From: Halobacteriales archaeon
GTDB lineage: Archaea; Halobacteriota; Halobacteria; Halobacteriales; PXRE01
Length of the DNA stretch: 33,999 nt
Direction: 5' to 3'
Assembly: GCA_036626315.1 (NCBI GenBank)
Contig: JAZKSB010000002.1
Location: forward strand, 1 to 33,999
Shown here: piece after piece, positions 1 to 8,167 of the stretch
Position numbering within the stretch: the first letter of the stretch is position 1
Layout: every line of letters starts with the position of its first letter
The notes under the pieces: model-generated
Database searches by the model: none
Told to the model about the DNA's origin: nothing
Seen by the model: the letters and a program-made list of their open reading frames with translations, nothing else
Program-made: the position numbers and the translations under genes

Positions 1-90
1 AAGTTTCGATGTGCCGGTCGACCGTGGAAAGTGAAAAGTTTCGATGTGCCGGTCGCCGTAAAAAGTGAGAGGTTTCGATGTGCCGGGACC
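1..90 (+). repeat. Tandem direct repeat, 3 copies with a 34-35 bp period and core GTTTCGATGTGCCGG. The array is cut by the left window edge.
   Basis: Read directly. AAGTTTCGATGTGCCGGTCG occurs at 1-20 and 36-55, and GGTTTCGATGTGCCGGGAC at 71-89. The core starts at 3, 38 and 72. The linkers are A-rich (GTGAAA/GTGAGA). Confidence 0.8.
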
Positions 91-132
91 CGCCTCAAAA
101 TGTCGAGTCGGAACGGCGATACTGGTCTCGGG

Positions 133-510
133 TCAGAACGGGGCGTCGTTGCCACCGCCGCCGTCGCCGGTGGGAGGCTCCGGCGGTCCGTCGTCCTGGC
201 CCTCCAGTCCCTTCCAGTTGTCCTGCTCCATCTGGAAGAACCGCTCGCGGGTCCGGGCGTCCATCACGACGAACCGGATGCTGGGCTCGACGCCGAGCGG
301 CTGCAGGCGTTCGAACAGGCGCCCGGCGAGCATCTTCTTGATCGCGTCCGGGATGTCGGCCATCGGGATCGCCACGTCGATCGAGGGCTCGCCGTCCTCG
401 ACCCGCACGTCGTCGATCATGCCGAGTTCGACCAGCGTCGCGTCGATCTCGGGATGGGTGACGTCGGCGATCGCGTCCTCGATCTCCTCGGCTGTTTGCT
501 GGTCGCTCAT
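133..510 (-). CDS. DUF59/MIP18-family iron-sulfur cluster assembly protein (SufT/PaaD-like)
   Basis: 125-aa acidic ORF with the N-terminal motif THPEIDATLVELGMI typical of DUF59 Fe-S assembly proteins. Wobble positions are high in GC. The tail is Gly/Pro-rich. Confidence 0.8.
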   Translation of the reverse strand: MSDQQTAEEIEDAIADVTHPEIDATLVELGMIDDVRVEDGEPSIDVAIPMADIPDAIKKMLAGRLFERLQPLGVEPSIRFVVMDARTRERFFQMEQDNWKGLEGQDDGPPEPPTGDGGGGNDAPF

Positions 511-625
511 CGTTCGAAGATTTAGGCGCTACCTAGAAATCCTGTCGGGAGCGCCGCGACGGGCGCCGCCGAACCCCTGGCAGCTGCCTGCGCGGCGGGG
601 TGGGGTCCGACGCCGTATTGCCGTC

Positions 626-1534
626 TCACTCCCGGCGGGCCACCTCGTGGCGCCCGAAGCCGTACCGGAGCCGGTTGGCGAGCCGGCGGGCGAACCGCCC
701 CGCCCCGTCGCCGGTCGCCCGCGAGCCGAACCGCTCGGCGAGCGCGGCGTAGATCAGCGGCAGGGGCACCTCCTGCTGTAGTCCCTCCTGGACGGTCCAG
801 GTGCCCGTCGATCCGCCGGCGACGTGGTCGGCGACGGTTCCAAGGTCGGTGCCCTCCTCGCGAAACGCCTCCTCGACCAGTTCCAGCAGCCACGACCGGA
901 TCACCGCACCGTTGTTCCAGGTGCGCGCGACCGCCTCCAGGTCGAGGTCGTAGCGACCCTCATACAGCAGTTCGAAGCCCTCGCCGTAGGCCTGCATCAG
1001 CGCGTACTCCACGCCGTTGTGGACCATCTTGACGTAGTGACCCGCGCCGGACGGCCCCAGCCGCTCGTGACCATCGGGGCCGGTCGCAACCGCGTCGAAG
1101 ACCGGTCGGAGATCCTCGTAGGCCCACTTGGGCCCGCCGACCATCAGCGAGAAACCGAGTTCGGCGCCGGCGGGACCCCCGCTGGTGCCGCAGTCGAGGT
1201 ACGCGGCGTCGGTCGACTCGGTCCGCCGCACGGAGTCCTCGAAGTGGGAGTTGCCGCCGTCGACGACCACGTCGTCGCGGTCCAGGTGCGGGGCGAGTTC
1301 GGACAGCGCCGCGTCGACGGGGTCGCCGGCGGGTACCATCAGCCAGATGCGCTTGTCCTCGCCCAGCGTCGTCGCGAGGTCGCCGATCGAGTCGGCAGGC
1401 GTCGCGCCCGCGTCGGCGGCGTCGGCAACGGCGGCCTGGTCGACGTCGTACGCGACGACGTCGTGGCCCGCCGCGAGCACCCGCTGGGCGACGATGCGAC
1501 CCATCCGTCCGAGTCCGATCACGCCGAGTTCCAT
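626..1534 (-). CDS. gnd: 6-phosphogluconate dehydrogenase (decarboxylating), short NAD(P)-binding Gnd-like form
   Basis: Start set at the internal ATG at 1534, giving MELGVIGLGRMGRIVAQRVL, a Rossmann GxGxxG motif at the N-terminus. Downstream motifs are GGNSHFEDS, GTSGGPAG and HYVKMVHNGVEYALMQAYGEGF. The 65 codons upstream in the track ORF are Arg/Pro-rich and not protein-like. Confidence 0.88.
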   Translation of the reverse strand: MELGVIGLGRMGRIVAQRVLAAGHDVVAYDVDQAAVADAADAGATPADSIGDLATTLGEDKRIWLMVPAGDPVDAALSELAPHLDRDDVVVDGGNSHFEDSVRRTESTDAAYLDCGTSGGPAGAELGFSLMVGGPKWAYEDLRPVFDAVATGPDGHERLGPSGAGHYVKMVHNGVEYALMQAYGEGFELLYEGRYDLDLEAVARTWNNGAVIRSWLLELVEEAFREEGTDLGTVADHVAGGSTGTWTVQEGLQQEVPLPLIYAALAERFGSRATGDGAGRFARRLANRLRYGFGRHEVARRE

Positions 1535-1562
1535 GTCCCACCCTGCGAGGGCTGGCAGGTAG

Positions 1563-1614
1563 TGGTTGCGGTTGTGCCGGCGGGAGGCAATGGTTGCGGT
1601 CGTGCCGCCAGGAG
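1563..1614. repeat. Imperfect 28-bp tandem duplication in the gnd upstream region
   Basis: TGGTTGCGGTTGTGCCGGCGGGAGG (1563-1587) is followed by TGGTTGCGGTCGTGCCGCCAGGAG (1591-1614). Confidence 0.6.
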
Positions 1615-1728
1615 ACCGCAAGGGAGCGGCTGCCGACCCGCCCGGCGCTGACCCCTGCGACTCCGGACGGGGAGCCGAACGGGGATCGAACTGTCCACGC
1701 CCCGGCAAAATGCTCAAGTGCCCTCGCA

Positions 1729-1746
1729 CTTTAGGTTAACCTAAAG
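1729..1746. promoter_or_regulatory. Perfect 18-bp palindrome CTTTAGGTTAACCTAAAG, a candidate operator or bidirectional TATA-like element
   Basis: Read directly. It is the only AT-rich island in the 454-bp gnd/aminopeptidase intergenic region. Each half-site contains TTTAGG/CCTAAA. Confidence 0.5.
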
Positions 1747-1748
1747 CC

Positions 1749-1883
1749 ATGATGCGCGCCATCTCCGACACCTGGGAGCGACTCGTGCCCAACCGGCGCC
1801 GGACCGACGCCAGGGTCAGCGCGTACCGGTACGCGTTCGGCGTCGAGGAGACGCCCGAGAAGCGCCGGGGCGAAGACGCCTGA
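1749..1883 (+). CDS. Candidate micro-protein of 44 aa (MMRAISDTWERLVPNRRRTDARVSAYRYAFGVEETPEKRRGEDA)
   Basis: ATG at 1749 and TGA at 1881-1883. Nearly every third codon position is G/C. The residues are mixed acidic and basic. The ORF is too short to appear in the ORF track. Caveat: the wobble phase is shared with the antisense ORF 1736..1990, so GC3 does not tell the two strands apart. Confidence 0.3.
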   Translation: MMRAISDTWERLVPNRRRTDARVSAYRYAFGVEETPEKRRGEDA

Positions 1884-1988
1884 ACGGGGCCTCTTTCGGG
1901 GGCCACAGGGACGTGCGGGAGGAAAAGCCGCACCGGAGCGTCTTCCGGGACCACAGACGTTTTCGCGCCGTCGGGCGAGCGGCCGGAC

Positions 1989-3083
1989 ATGGACCCGAGA
2001 GTGCACGACCACGCAGAGACGCTCGTCGACTGGGGCGCGCGAGTCGAGGCAGGCGACGACGTCGTGATGTCCGTCGCGGAGGGCGCCCACGATCTGACGG
2101 TCGCGGTCGCCGAGAAACTCGGCGAGCGCGGCGCGACGCTGCTTTCGACCTACGGCTCCTCGGAGGTTTCCCGGGCGTATCTCACAGCCCACGACGGCGA
2201 GTTCCGGGAGGGAGACCACGAACTCGCGCTCTACGAGGCCGCCGACGTCCTGTTGCGCCTCGGCGGCGGCCGCAACATCGCCGCCCAGGCGGACGTGCCC
2301 GCGGAGACGATGCAGGCGTACTCGAAGAGCCGCGAGGACGTTCGGGAGGCCCGCTACGACACCCGCTGGATGTCGACCGTCCACCCCACGCGCTCGCTCG
2401 CCCAGCAGGCCGGGATGAGTTACGGGGCCTACCGGGAGTTCGTCTACGACGCTGTCCTCCGGGACTGGGAGTCGCTGGCCGGGGAGATGGCACGCCTCAA
2501 GGACCTGTTCGACGACGGCGAGGAGGTCCGACTCGTCACCGAGGACACCGACCTCGCGATGCGCATCGACGGCCGGACCGCCGTCAACAGCGCGGCGTCG
2601 GTCGCCTACGACAGCCACAACCTCCCAAGCGGCGAGGTGTTCACCGCCCCCCACGCCACCGAGGGGGAGGTCGTCTTCGACGTGCCGATGACCATCCGCG
2701 GGCGCCGCGTGAACGACGTCAGGATCGCCTTCGAGGACGGCGAGGTGGTCGACTTCGCGGCCGCCCGGGGCGAGGACGTGATCGAGGAACTGATCGAGAC
2801 CGACGAGGGCGCCCGGCGACTGGGCGAACTCGGTGTCGGCATGAACCGCGGCATCGACCGGGTCACCGACAGCATCCTGTTCGACGAGAAGATGGGCGGC
2901 ACCGTCCACCTCGCGCTGGGGCGGGCCTACGATGCCTGCCTGCCGGAGGGCGAAGCGGGCAACGAGTCAGCGGTCCACGCCGACCTCATCACGGACATGC
3001 GCGACGGCGGGCAACTCCTGATCGACGGCGACGTCGTCCAGCAGGACGGCGTCTTCCGGTGGGAGGACGGCTTCGAGGGGTAG
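1989..3083 (+). CDS. Aminopeptidase, peptidase family M29 (AmpS/PepS-like)
   Basis: 364-aa ORF with the family-typical layout: N-terminal LVDWGARVEAGDDVV, then GEVFTAPH, GELGVGMN and AVHADLI. Confidence 0.85.
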   Translation: MDPRVHDHAETLVDWGARVEAGDDVVMSVAEGAHDLTVAVAEKLGERGATLLSTYGSSEVSRAYLTAHDGEFREGDHELALYEAADVLLRLGGGRNIAAQADVPAETMQAYSKSREDVREARYDTRWMSTVHPTRSLAQQAGMSYGAYREFVYDAVLRDWESLAGEMARLKDLFDDGEEVRLVTEDTDLAMRIDGRTAVNSAASVAYDSHNLPSGEVFTAPHATEGEVVFDVPMTIRGRRVNDVRIAFEDGEVVDFAAARGEDVIEELIETDEGARRLGELGVGMNRGIDRVTDSILFDEKMGGTVHLALGRAYDACLPEGEAGNESAVHADLITDMRDGGQLLIDGDVVQQDGVFRWEDGFEG

Positions 3084-3300
3084 CCCGGACGTGTCTCCCG
3101 GGAGGTGTCGCGACCGCGCGCCCGCCAGCCGCCGCTCCCGCCGCGACCGCGAGCTGAGCGTACAATCAGTTCTGTTATATAATCCGAGTTAATCCGGATC
3201 GGATCGCGGTTGATTCGGGTTTTATCCCGTCTAAACGTCCGAAAACCGGGGACAGCGCTTCCCCTCTTGAAGTACAATCGGGGTGGTAGGTATGGACGCA

Positions 3301-3771
3301 ATGAAGCTCACAAAGATCCTCGCAGTCGGCCTGGCGCTGCTCGTCGTGGGTGCCGGCGCTGCCGCCGCGATGCCCAGCCAGGCCCCTGACCAGGCGAACA
3401 ACAACGCGAACGAAACCGCCGACGGTGCGGACGACCCCAACCACGCGGGCCCGCCCGCGGAAGCCGGTGACCGTGGCGAACAGGCCACCGAGCGCAACGG
3501 GACCGAAGAACGGAACGAGAGTCACGAACGCCAGGGTCCGCCCGCGGACCTGCCCGGTAACGTCCCCGACCACGTGAGCCAGATCCACAAGGCCATCAAC
3601 GGATGGCTCGACGGCGGCATGGACGGCTCGCTGGGTGACCTGATCAGCGGCATCGTCGGCGGCGGGCAGGCTGACGGGGCCGCCCACGACGGCAACGAGA
3701 CCGACGAGGAACCCGAGACACCGGACGGGACGCCCGAGGAGACCCCGACCGCCGTCCCGACCGGGCAGTGA
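3301..3771 (+). CDS. Small secreted acidic protein of unknown function with a signal peptide and N-glycosylation sequons
   Basis: MKLTKILAVGLALLVVGAGAAAA signal-like N-terminus, followed by a low-complexity D/E/N/T/P-rich sequence with the sequons NET, NGT and NES. Alternative in-frame starts are GTG 3283 and ATG 3292. An AT-rich promoter region lies at 3160-3280. Confidence 0.7.
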   Translation: MKLTKILAVGLALLVVGAGAAAAMPSQAPDQANNNANETADGADDPNHAGPPAEAGDRGEQATERNGTEERNESHERQGPPADLPGNVPDHVSQIHKAINGWLDGGMDGSLGDLISGIVGGGQADGAAHDGNETDEEPETPDGTPEETPTAVPTGQ

Positions 3772-3837
3772 CACCGGGGAGCGGCTTCGCGGCGACCGGA
3801 GTTCGGATCAACTGACGTGGCGCGTTCCCGAACCTTC

Positions 3838-4989
3838 TCAGAGCCGCTCGACGATGGTCGCGATGCCCATCCCGAAGCCGATGCACATCGCCGAGAGTCC
3901 GTAGCGGTCGCCCCGCCGGTCGAGTTCGTGGACGAGTTTCGTCACCAGCGCCGACCCGGTCGCGCCCAGCGGGTGTCCGTGTGCGATGGCGCCGCCGTTG
4001 ACGTTGACCCGGTCCCAGTCGGCGCCGGTTTCCGCCAGCCACGCGGCGACGACGGAAGCAAAGGCCTCGTTCACCTCGAAGACGTCGACGTCTTCAAGTT
4101 CCATGTCCGCCCGGTCGAGCACCTGCTCGGTCGCCGGGATGGGGCCGGTGAGCATCAGCACGGGGTCGACGCCGACGACTGCGTAGTCGACCACCCGGGC
4201 CATCGGGTCCCAGCCGCGACGCTCGGCTTCCCCGGCGCTTGCCACGACCGTCGCGGAGGCGCCGTCGACGATGCCGGAGGAGTTGCCGGCGTGGATGACC
4301 CCCTCACCCTCCTCGCGAAACGCCAGCGGCACGTCCGCGAGGCCCTCGACGGTGCTCTCGGGGCGGGGATGGCCGTCGCGCTCGACCGTTATCGGTTCGC
4401 CGTCCAGTTCCGTCTCGACGGGCACGACCTGGGAGTCGTAGTGGCCCGCCTCCCAGGCGTCGGCCCAGCGGCGCTGGGAGTCGACGGCCAGTTCGTCGAG
4501 TTCCCGCCGCAAGAGATCCCACTGCTCGGCGATCCGCTCGGCGCTCTCGCCCTGGGGAATCTGCTCGTCGTAGTGCTCGAAGTACGTCCCGGACATCCCG
4601 TCCAGGTCCGACCCCATCGGCTCGCGGGTCATGTGCTCGGTGCCGCCGGCGACGACGACGTCGTGTGCGCCCGCCTGCACGGCCTGGGCCGCGAAGTTGA
4701 TCGCCTGCTGGCCGGAGCCGCACATCCGGTTGATCTGGACCCCTGGCACGTCGTCGCCCCACCCCGCGGTCAGGGCGGCGACCCGGCCGACGTTGCCGCC
4801 CTGCTCGCCCTTGGGGGTGACACAGCCGTAGATGACGTCCTCGACGGTCTCGTGGGGGTCGAACCCGAGACGCTCTTCGAGCGCCAGCAGCGGTTCGGCG
4901 GCCAGGTCCTGGGGATGGGTGTCCCGGAACCGGCCGTCGCGGTCGGCAAACGGCGTCCGGACGGCGTCGACGATGACGGCGTCGTTCAT
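3838..4989 (-). CDS. Acetyl-CoA C-acetyltransferase (thiolase family)
   Basis: Start at ATG 4989 (MNDAVIVDAVRTPF). Active-site region NRMCGSGQQAI. C-terminal GGAIAHGHPLGATG and CIGFGMG motifs. The 79 upstream codons of the track ORF are Arg-rich shadow. Confidence 0.9.
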   Translation of the reverse strand: MNDAVIVDAVRTPFADRDGRFRDTHPQDLAAEPLLALEERLGFDPHETVEDVIYGCVTPKGEQGGNVGRVAALTAGWGDDVPGVQINRMCGSGQQAINFAAQAVQAGAHDVVVAGGTEHMTREPMGSDLDGMSGTYFEHYDEQIPQGESAERIAEQWDLLRRELDELAVDSQRRWADAWEAGHYDSQVVPVETELDGEPITVERDGHPRPESTVEGLADVPLAFREEGEGVIHAGNSSGIVDGASATVVASAGEAERRGWDPMARVVDYAVVGVDPVLMLTGPIPATEQVLDRADMELEDVDVFEVNEAFASVVAAWLAETGADWDRVNVNGGAIAHGHPLGATGSALVTKLVHELDRRGDRYGLSAMCIGFGMGIATIVERL

Positions 4990-6074
4990 ACCGGCGCCAC
5001 GGACCGGCCTGCATTGACTGTTGTGCCCGCGGCGAGCGGGACCACCGTCGCGTCGGCGTCGGCCCACCAGTCGCTGCGGCGCTGTTCGGCGCTCGCGTTG
5101 CGGAACGCCGCCGGCCAGTCGCCGTCCTCGGTGAATCCCACCGCGTAGCCCAGCCAGTAGCCGACGTGCCAGCCGACCGCCTCCGCGTCGATGCCCGCGA
5201 GGGCGATCCTGGCCTGGCTGTACCACTCCAGCGCGCCGTCGCGGTCCGGGTCGGCCCCGTACCGGTAGCCACAGGAGCCGTCGCCCGCGCTACAGGGTGC
5301 CGACGCCGCGAACTCGATCACCACGTCCGCCTCGCCGCGGTCGTCGACGAGCCCGACGCTCGCGTTCTCGGGGACGTGGCCATCGGCACCCCGGTCGTAG
5401 TAGTCCACGGCACGTTCGATCTGCCGCTCGACAGTCGCGCGGTCGTCCGGCGAGAGGCCCGACTCGGTCAGGTTCGCGTAGTCGACGTAGACGGCGAGGG
5501 TTCCGTTCCGCCAGGGGAACTCGCGGTCGGTGGCGTTGCGCTCGGGCAACGTCGCGAGCTGGGCCTCCCCGGACATGACCCGCTGGGGGTCGTCGTCGTG
5601 GCCGAGTCCGAGCACGTGGCCGAGTTCGTGTTTCACGACGAGTTCCGTCGAGTCGTCGGCGAGGCCGGTCAGGACCTGGACCCGGACGGGGCGGTCGACC
5701 TGTCCGGGGCGGGTGAGGTAGGGTGCACAGCCGGCGGCGTCGACCACGCCGCCGCAGTCGTCGATCGCCGCGACGAACGCGACGACGAGGTCCGCGTCGC
5801 GCGGCGAGGAAACGATCTGGAACGAGACGGGATAGCCCGCGTACTGCTCGTCGTTGGCAGACCAGTAGTCCAGGGCCGCGTGCACCAGCGGACGGTAGTC
5901 GCGGTCGTCGCCCGCCGGCGTCTCGACGGCGACGGACAGCGTCTCCGCCCGCCAGTGGTTCTCCGGATCGACCGTCGGCGTCACCCCCTCCCCGCTCGGC
6001 GACGAGTTCGGAGCCACCCCGGCACAGCCCGCAAGCGCGATCAGGGCCGCCAGCGCGACCACCCGCACGTTCAT
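4986..6074 (-). CDS. Secreted lipoprotein, matrixin-like (metzincin) zinc metalloprotease
   Basis: Signal peptide plus lipobox (ALIALAGCAG). Zinc motif HELGHVLGLGH (HExxHxxGxxH) with a downstream Met-turn candidate (RVMSG). The stop overlaps the thiolase start as ATGA (4986-4989). Confidence 0.8.
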   Translation of the reverse strand: MNVRVVALAALIALAGCAGVAPNSSPSGEGVTPTVDPENHWRAETLSVAVETPAGDDRDYRPLVHAALDYWSANDEQYAGYPVSFQIVSSPRDADLVVAFVAAIDDCGGVVDAAGCAPYLTRPGQVDRPVRVQVLTGLADDSTELVVKHELGHVLGLGHDDDPQRVMSGEAQLATLPERNATDREFPWRNGTLAVYVDYANLTESGLSPDDRATVERQIERAVDYYDRGADGHVPENASVGLVDDRGEADVVIEFAASAPCSAGDGSCGYRYGADPDRDGALEWYSQARIALAGIDAEAVGWHVGYWLGYAVGFTEDGDWPAAFRNASAEQRRSDWWADADATVVPLAAGTTVNAGRSVAPV

Positions 6075-6132
6075 CGGCCGGACCTACGTCCAGAGCGACA
6101 TTAGGTTTCCGGGAGCCACTCCTCAGAGAAAG

Positions 6133-6582
6133 ACGCGGCGCTGTCGGAGGTGCTGGACGGCTGAGGGTAGTAAGCCCCCTTCTGTTTCGACCCGGCATTC
6201 GGCTGAGCGCCCACGCCGGTCCACGGGCACCGCGCCCGGCCGGGCTACCGGCGACGTGGGCTTGCACCGGCGGGGAGTGGCCGTTCCATCGATCCTCGCC
6301 CGTCGGCGCACGCGGCGGGTGCCGCGTGCGCCCCTCGCGGCGGCAGGGCCGCCGCGCGCCCTCGGTGGGTCAACTCCCCCTCGCTTGGGTCGCTCGGGGT
6401 TCGCACACCACATCGGTCGGGGCGAGACGTGTCGTCTCTGTTCCAGTGTCCGACGGTCTCCCGTCCCGGGCTTGTGCCCGGTCGCCTGCCCGGCGGGTGG
6501 GGGGACTTTCCTCATGCCCTCGCCGGCCGCCGCGAAGCGGCGCCGTCGAGCGCACGGGGGCCGGGCACCCTCTGCCGCTCTA
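6133..6582 (-). ncRNA. rnpB: RNase P RNA (archaeal type A)
   Basis: The minus strand carries CR-I GAGGAAAGTCCCC (reverse complement of 6501-6513) and CR-V ACAGAAGGGGGCTTAC (reverse complement of 6170-6185). A GCCGAATGCC element precedes CR-V. The terminal segments can pair: GACGGC with GCCGTC, and GGTGC with GCACC. A GCCG-CTTCG-CGGC hairpin sits upstream of CR-I. The length of about 450 nt and the extreme GC content fit haloarchaeal RNase P RNAs. The ends are approximate, within about 15 nt. Confidence 0.85.
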
Positions 6583-6820
6583 TCGTAGTTGCGTCCGGCG
6601 GTTAAGTCCGTCGGTGCTCCAACCGCGGGCGTGCCCCGCCCGTTCGGCGTCCCGGACATTCAAGTACGATTCCGCGGCCAAGGGGCCCGTGACCTGACCG
6701 CGGTCCCGCGGCGGTCGAGGCGGTCGTGCGGCGCGCCGCCGCGGGAGCGACCACGCGCCGCCCGTTCGCACGTCCGGTTCGGCTCGAGGACTCGCTCCCG
6801 TCGGGCCGAGGGCTCCGGCC

Positions 6821-7987
6821 TCAGGGCTGCCAGTCCGCGCCGGATCGAAACCCGACCGCCTCGGCGTCCGCCAGACAGCGGCGGCTCGCGGCGTCGAGGT
6901 CGAACTCCCGGACGACCTCGCCGTCCCGGACGAGCGGCTCCAGCAGCGGCTCGCCGTCGGTCGGTCCGTCCCGGTCTGCCAGCCCGACGTGGTGGCCGCC
7001 GTCGGGCGTGCGGTAGACCTGCTTGCGGCCGGAGAGTTTCCCTCGCTTTGCGGCGGATTCGCCGTCGACCTCGACCACGTCGAGTGCGAAGTCGACCGGG
7101 TCGGCGGCGGTGACGTAACTGCCGACGCCGAACCCGTCGACGACGTCGCGCAGCCGCGACAGCGCCTCCGCGTCGATGCCCCCGGAGACGAAGACGTCGA
7201 CGTCCTCGTGGCCGCGGGCCGAAAGCTCCCAGCGGACCTCACGGACGATGTGCCGGAGATCCCCCCGGCGCGACGAAGTGGTGTCGATCCGGACGGAGTC
7301 CAGGGCCTCGCCGAGTTCCGCCACCGCACGCAGCGTCTCGTCGACCTCGTCGCTGTAGGTGTCGACCAGCGCGACCCGGGGGACGTCCGGCCCCACCGAC
7401 TCGTCGAAGGCCCGCCAGGCGTCCTCCTGGCGGCCCTCGCCGAACGCGATCAGCAGCGCGTGGGGCATCGTCCCGCCGGCCTCCCGGTCCAGCACGTCGC
7501 CCGCGGCGACGTGGGAGAACCCGTCCAGGCCGGCAAGCAGGGCGCTCCGTTCGAGCACTGCCGCCAGCGAGGGATGGAGGTGTCGGGCCCCGAAGCTCAG
7601 CACCTGCGAGTCCGGCGCGGCCGTGCGGGCCGACAGCGTCCGCGTCGCGAACGCCGTCGCCTGCGAGAGAAAGCCCAGCAGCGCCGTCTCGTAGCGGGCG
7701 AAATCGAGGTAGTTACCCTCGATCTGCAGGACCGGCCCGCCGTCGAACAGCGTCCCCTCGGGGAGCGCGTCGACGTCCACCGGCAGGTCCGAAAGCAGGG
7801 TGGCCGCGTCTTTCACGCCCGCGAACACCTCGAAGGACCCGGTCGGGAACTGGTCGGCAGTCACTTCCGCGACCACGCGGGGGTTTTCGCCGGCGCGTTC
7901 GAGCGTCTCCTCGGTCCGCAGAAAGTAGGCGTCCGTCGCTCGCCCCGACGCGATGGCGTCCGGCGAAACGATGTCGAAGTCGCTCAT
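6821..7987 (-). CDS. pncB: Nicotinate phosphoribosyltransferase (archaeal type)
   Basis: 388-aa ORF with N-terminal ATDAYFLRTEETL, then FGARHLHP, GGTMPHALL and VDTYSDEV, typical of the NAPRTase family. Confidence 0.85.
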   Translation of the reverse strand: MSDFDIVSPDAIASGRATDAYFLRTEETLERAGENPRVVAEVTADQFPTGSFEVFAGVKDAATLLSDLPVDVDALPEGTLFDGGPVLQIEGNYLDFARYETALLGFLSQATAFATRTLSARTAAPDSQVLSFGARHLHPSLAAVLERSALLAGLDGFSHVAAGDVLDREAGGTMPHALLIAFGEGRQEDAWRAFDESVGPDVPRVALVDTYSDEVDETLRAVAELGEALDSVRIDTTSSRRGDLRHIVREVRWELSARGHEDVDVFVSGGIDAEALSRLRDVVDGFGVGSYVTAADPVDFALDVVEVDGESAAKRGKLSGRKQVYRTPDGGHHVGLADRDGPTDGEPLLEPLVRDGEVVREFDLDAASRRCLADAEAVGFRSGADWQP

Positions 7988-8167
7988 CGGCGATAGATTC
8001 GAGACACCGGGAAAAAAGCGTCCGGTCTCGGCGGTGGGTGGCGACGGCTACGCCTGCCTGGACCGGGGCGACCGGGCTCTCCGCCACCCGTCGTCTGCAC
8101 CGGAGACGGGAACGCGGGGGGAGAACCGGGTCGCCGAAAAGCGTCGGTTGCCGATGTGCCGTCGTGG

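Noticed and set aside
1-90. Possible CRISPR array or replication-origin ORB repeats at the left edge
   Set aside because: The period is only 34-35 bp, with a conserved core of about 20 bp and partly conserved 15-bp linkers. Haloarchaeal CRISPRs have roughly 30-nt repeats with 34-39-nt unique spacers. No dyad-symmetric ORB core (TCCA-N-TGGA type) is present, and no cas or orc/cdc6 gene is visible. It is kept only as an unexplained tandem repeat.
626-1729. Full 367-aa ORF as the 6-phosphogluconate dehydrogenase gene
   Set aside because: The first 65 codons are Arg/Pro/Ser-rich and precede the Rossmann GxGxxG, which normally sits at the extreme N-terminus. The internal ATG at 1534 is the credible start.
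1731-2909. 392-aa minus-strand ORF, and similar long ORFs opposite real genes: 3817-5148(+), 5166-6104(+), 6989-7996(+), 8744-9751(+), 14801-16234(-), 16046-17278(+), 17381-19003(+), 20497-21684(+), 26047-27609(-), 27359-29254(+), 30433-31881(-), 31778-32779(-)
   Set aside because: These are antisense shadow ORFs, typical of genomes with very high GC and few stop codons. Their translations are Arg/Pro/Gly/His-rich and lack motifs. In each case the opposite strand encodes a protein with clear family signatures and acidic haloarchaeal composition.
6123-6697. Several 60-324-aa ORFs on both strands in the 6075-6820 gap
   Set aside because: All are Arg/Pro/Ala-rich nonsense. The region is explained by the RNase P RNA on the minus strand.
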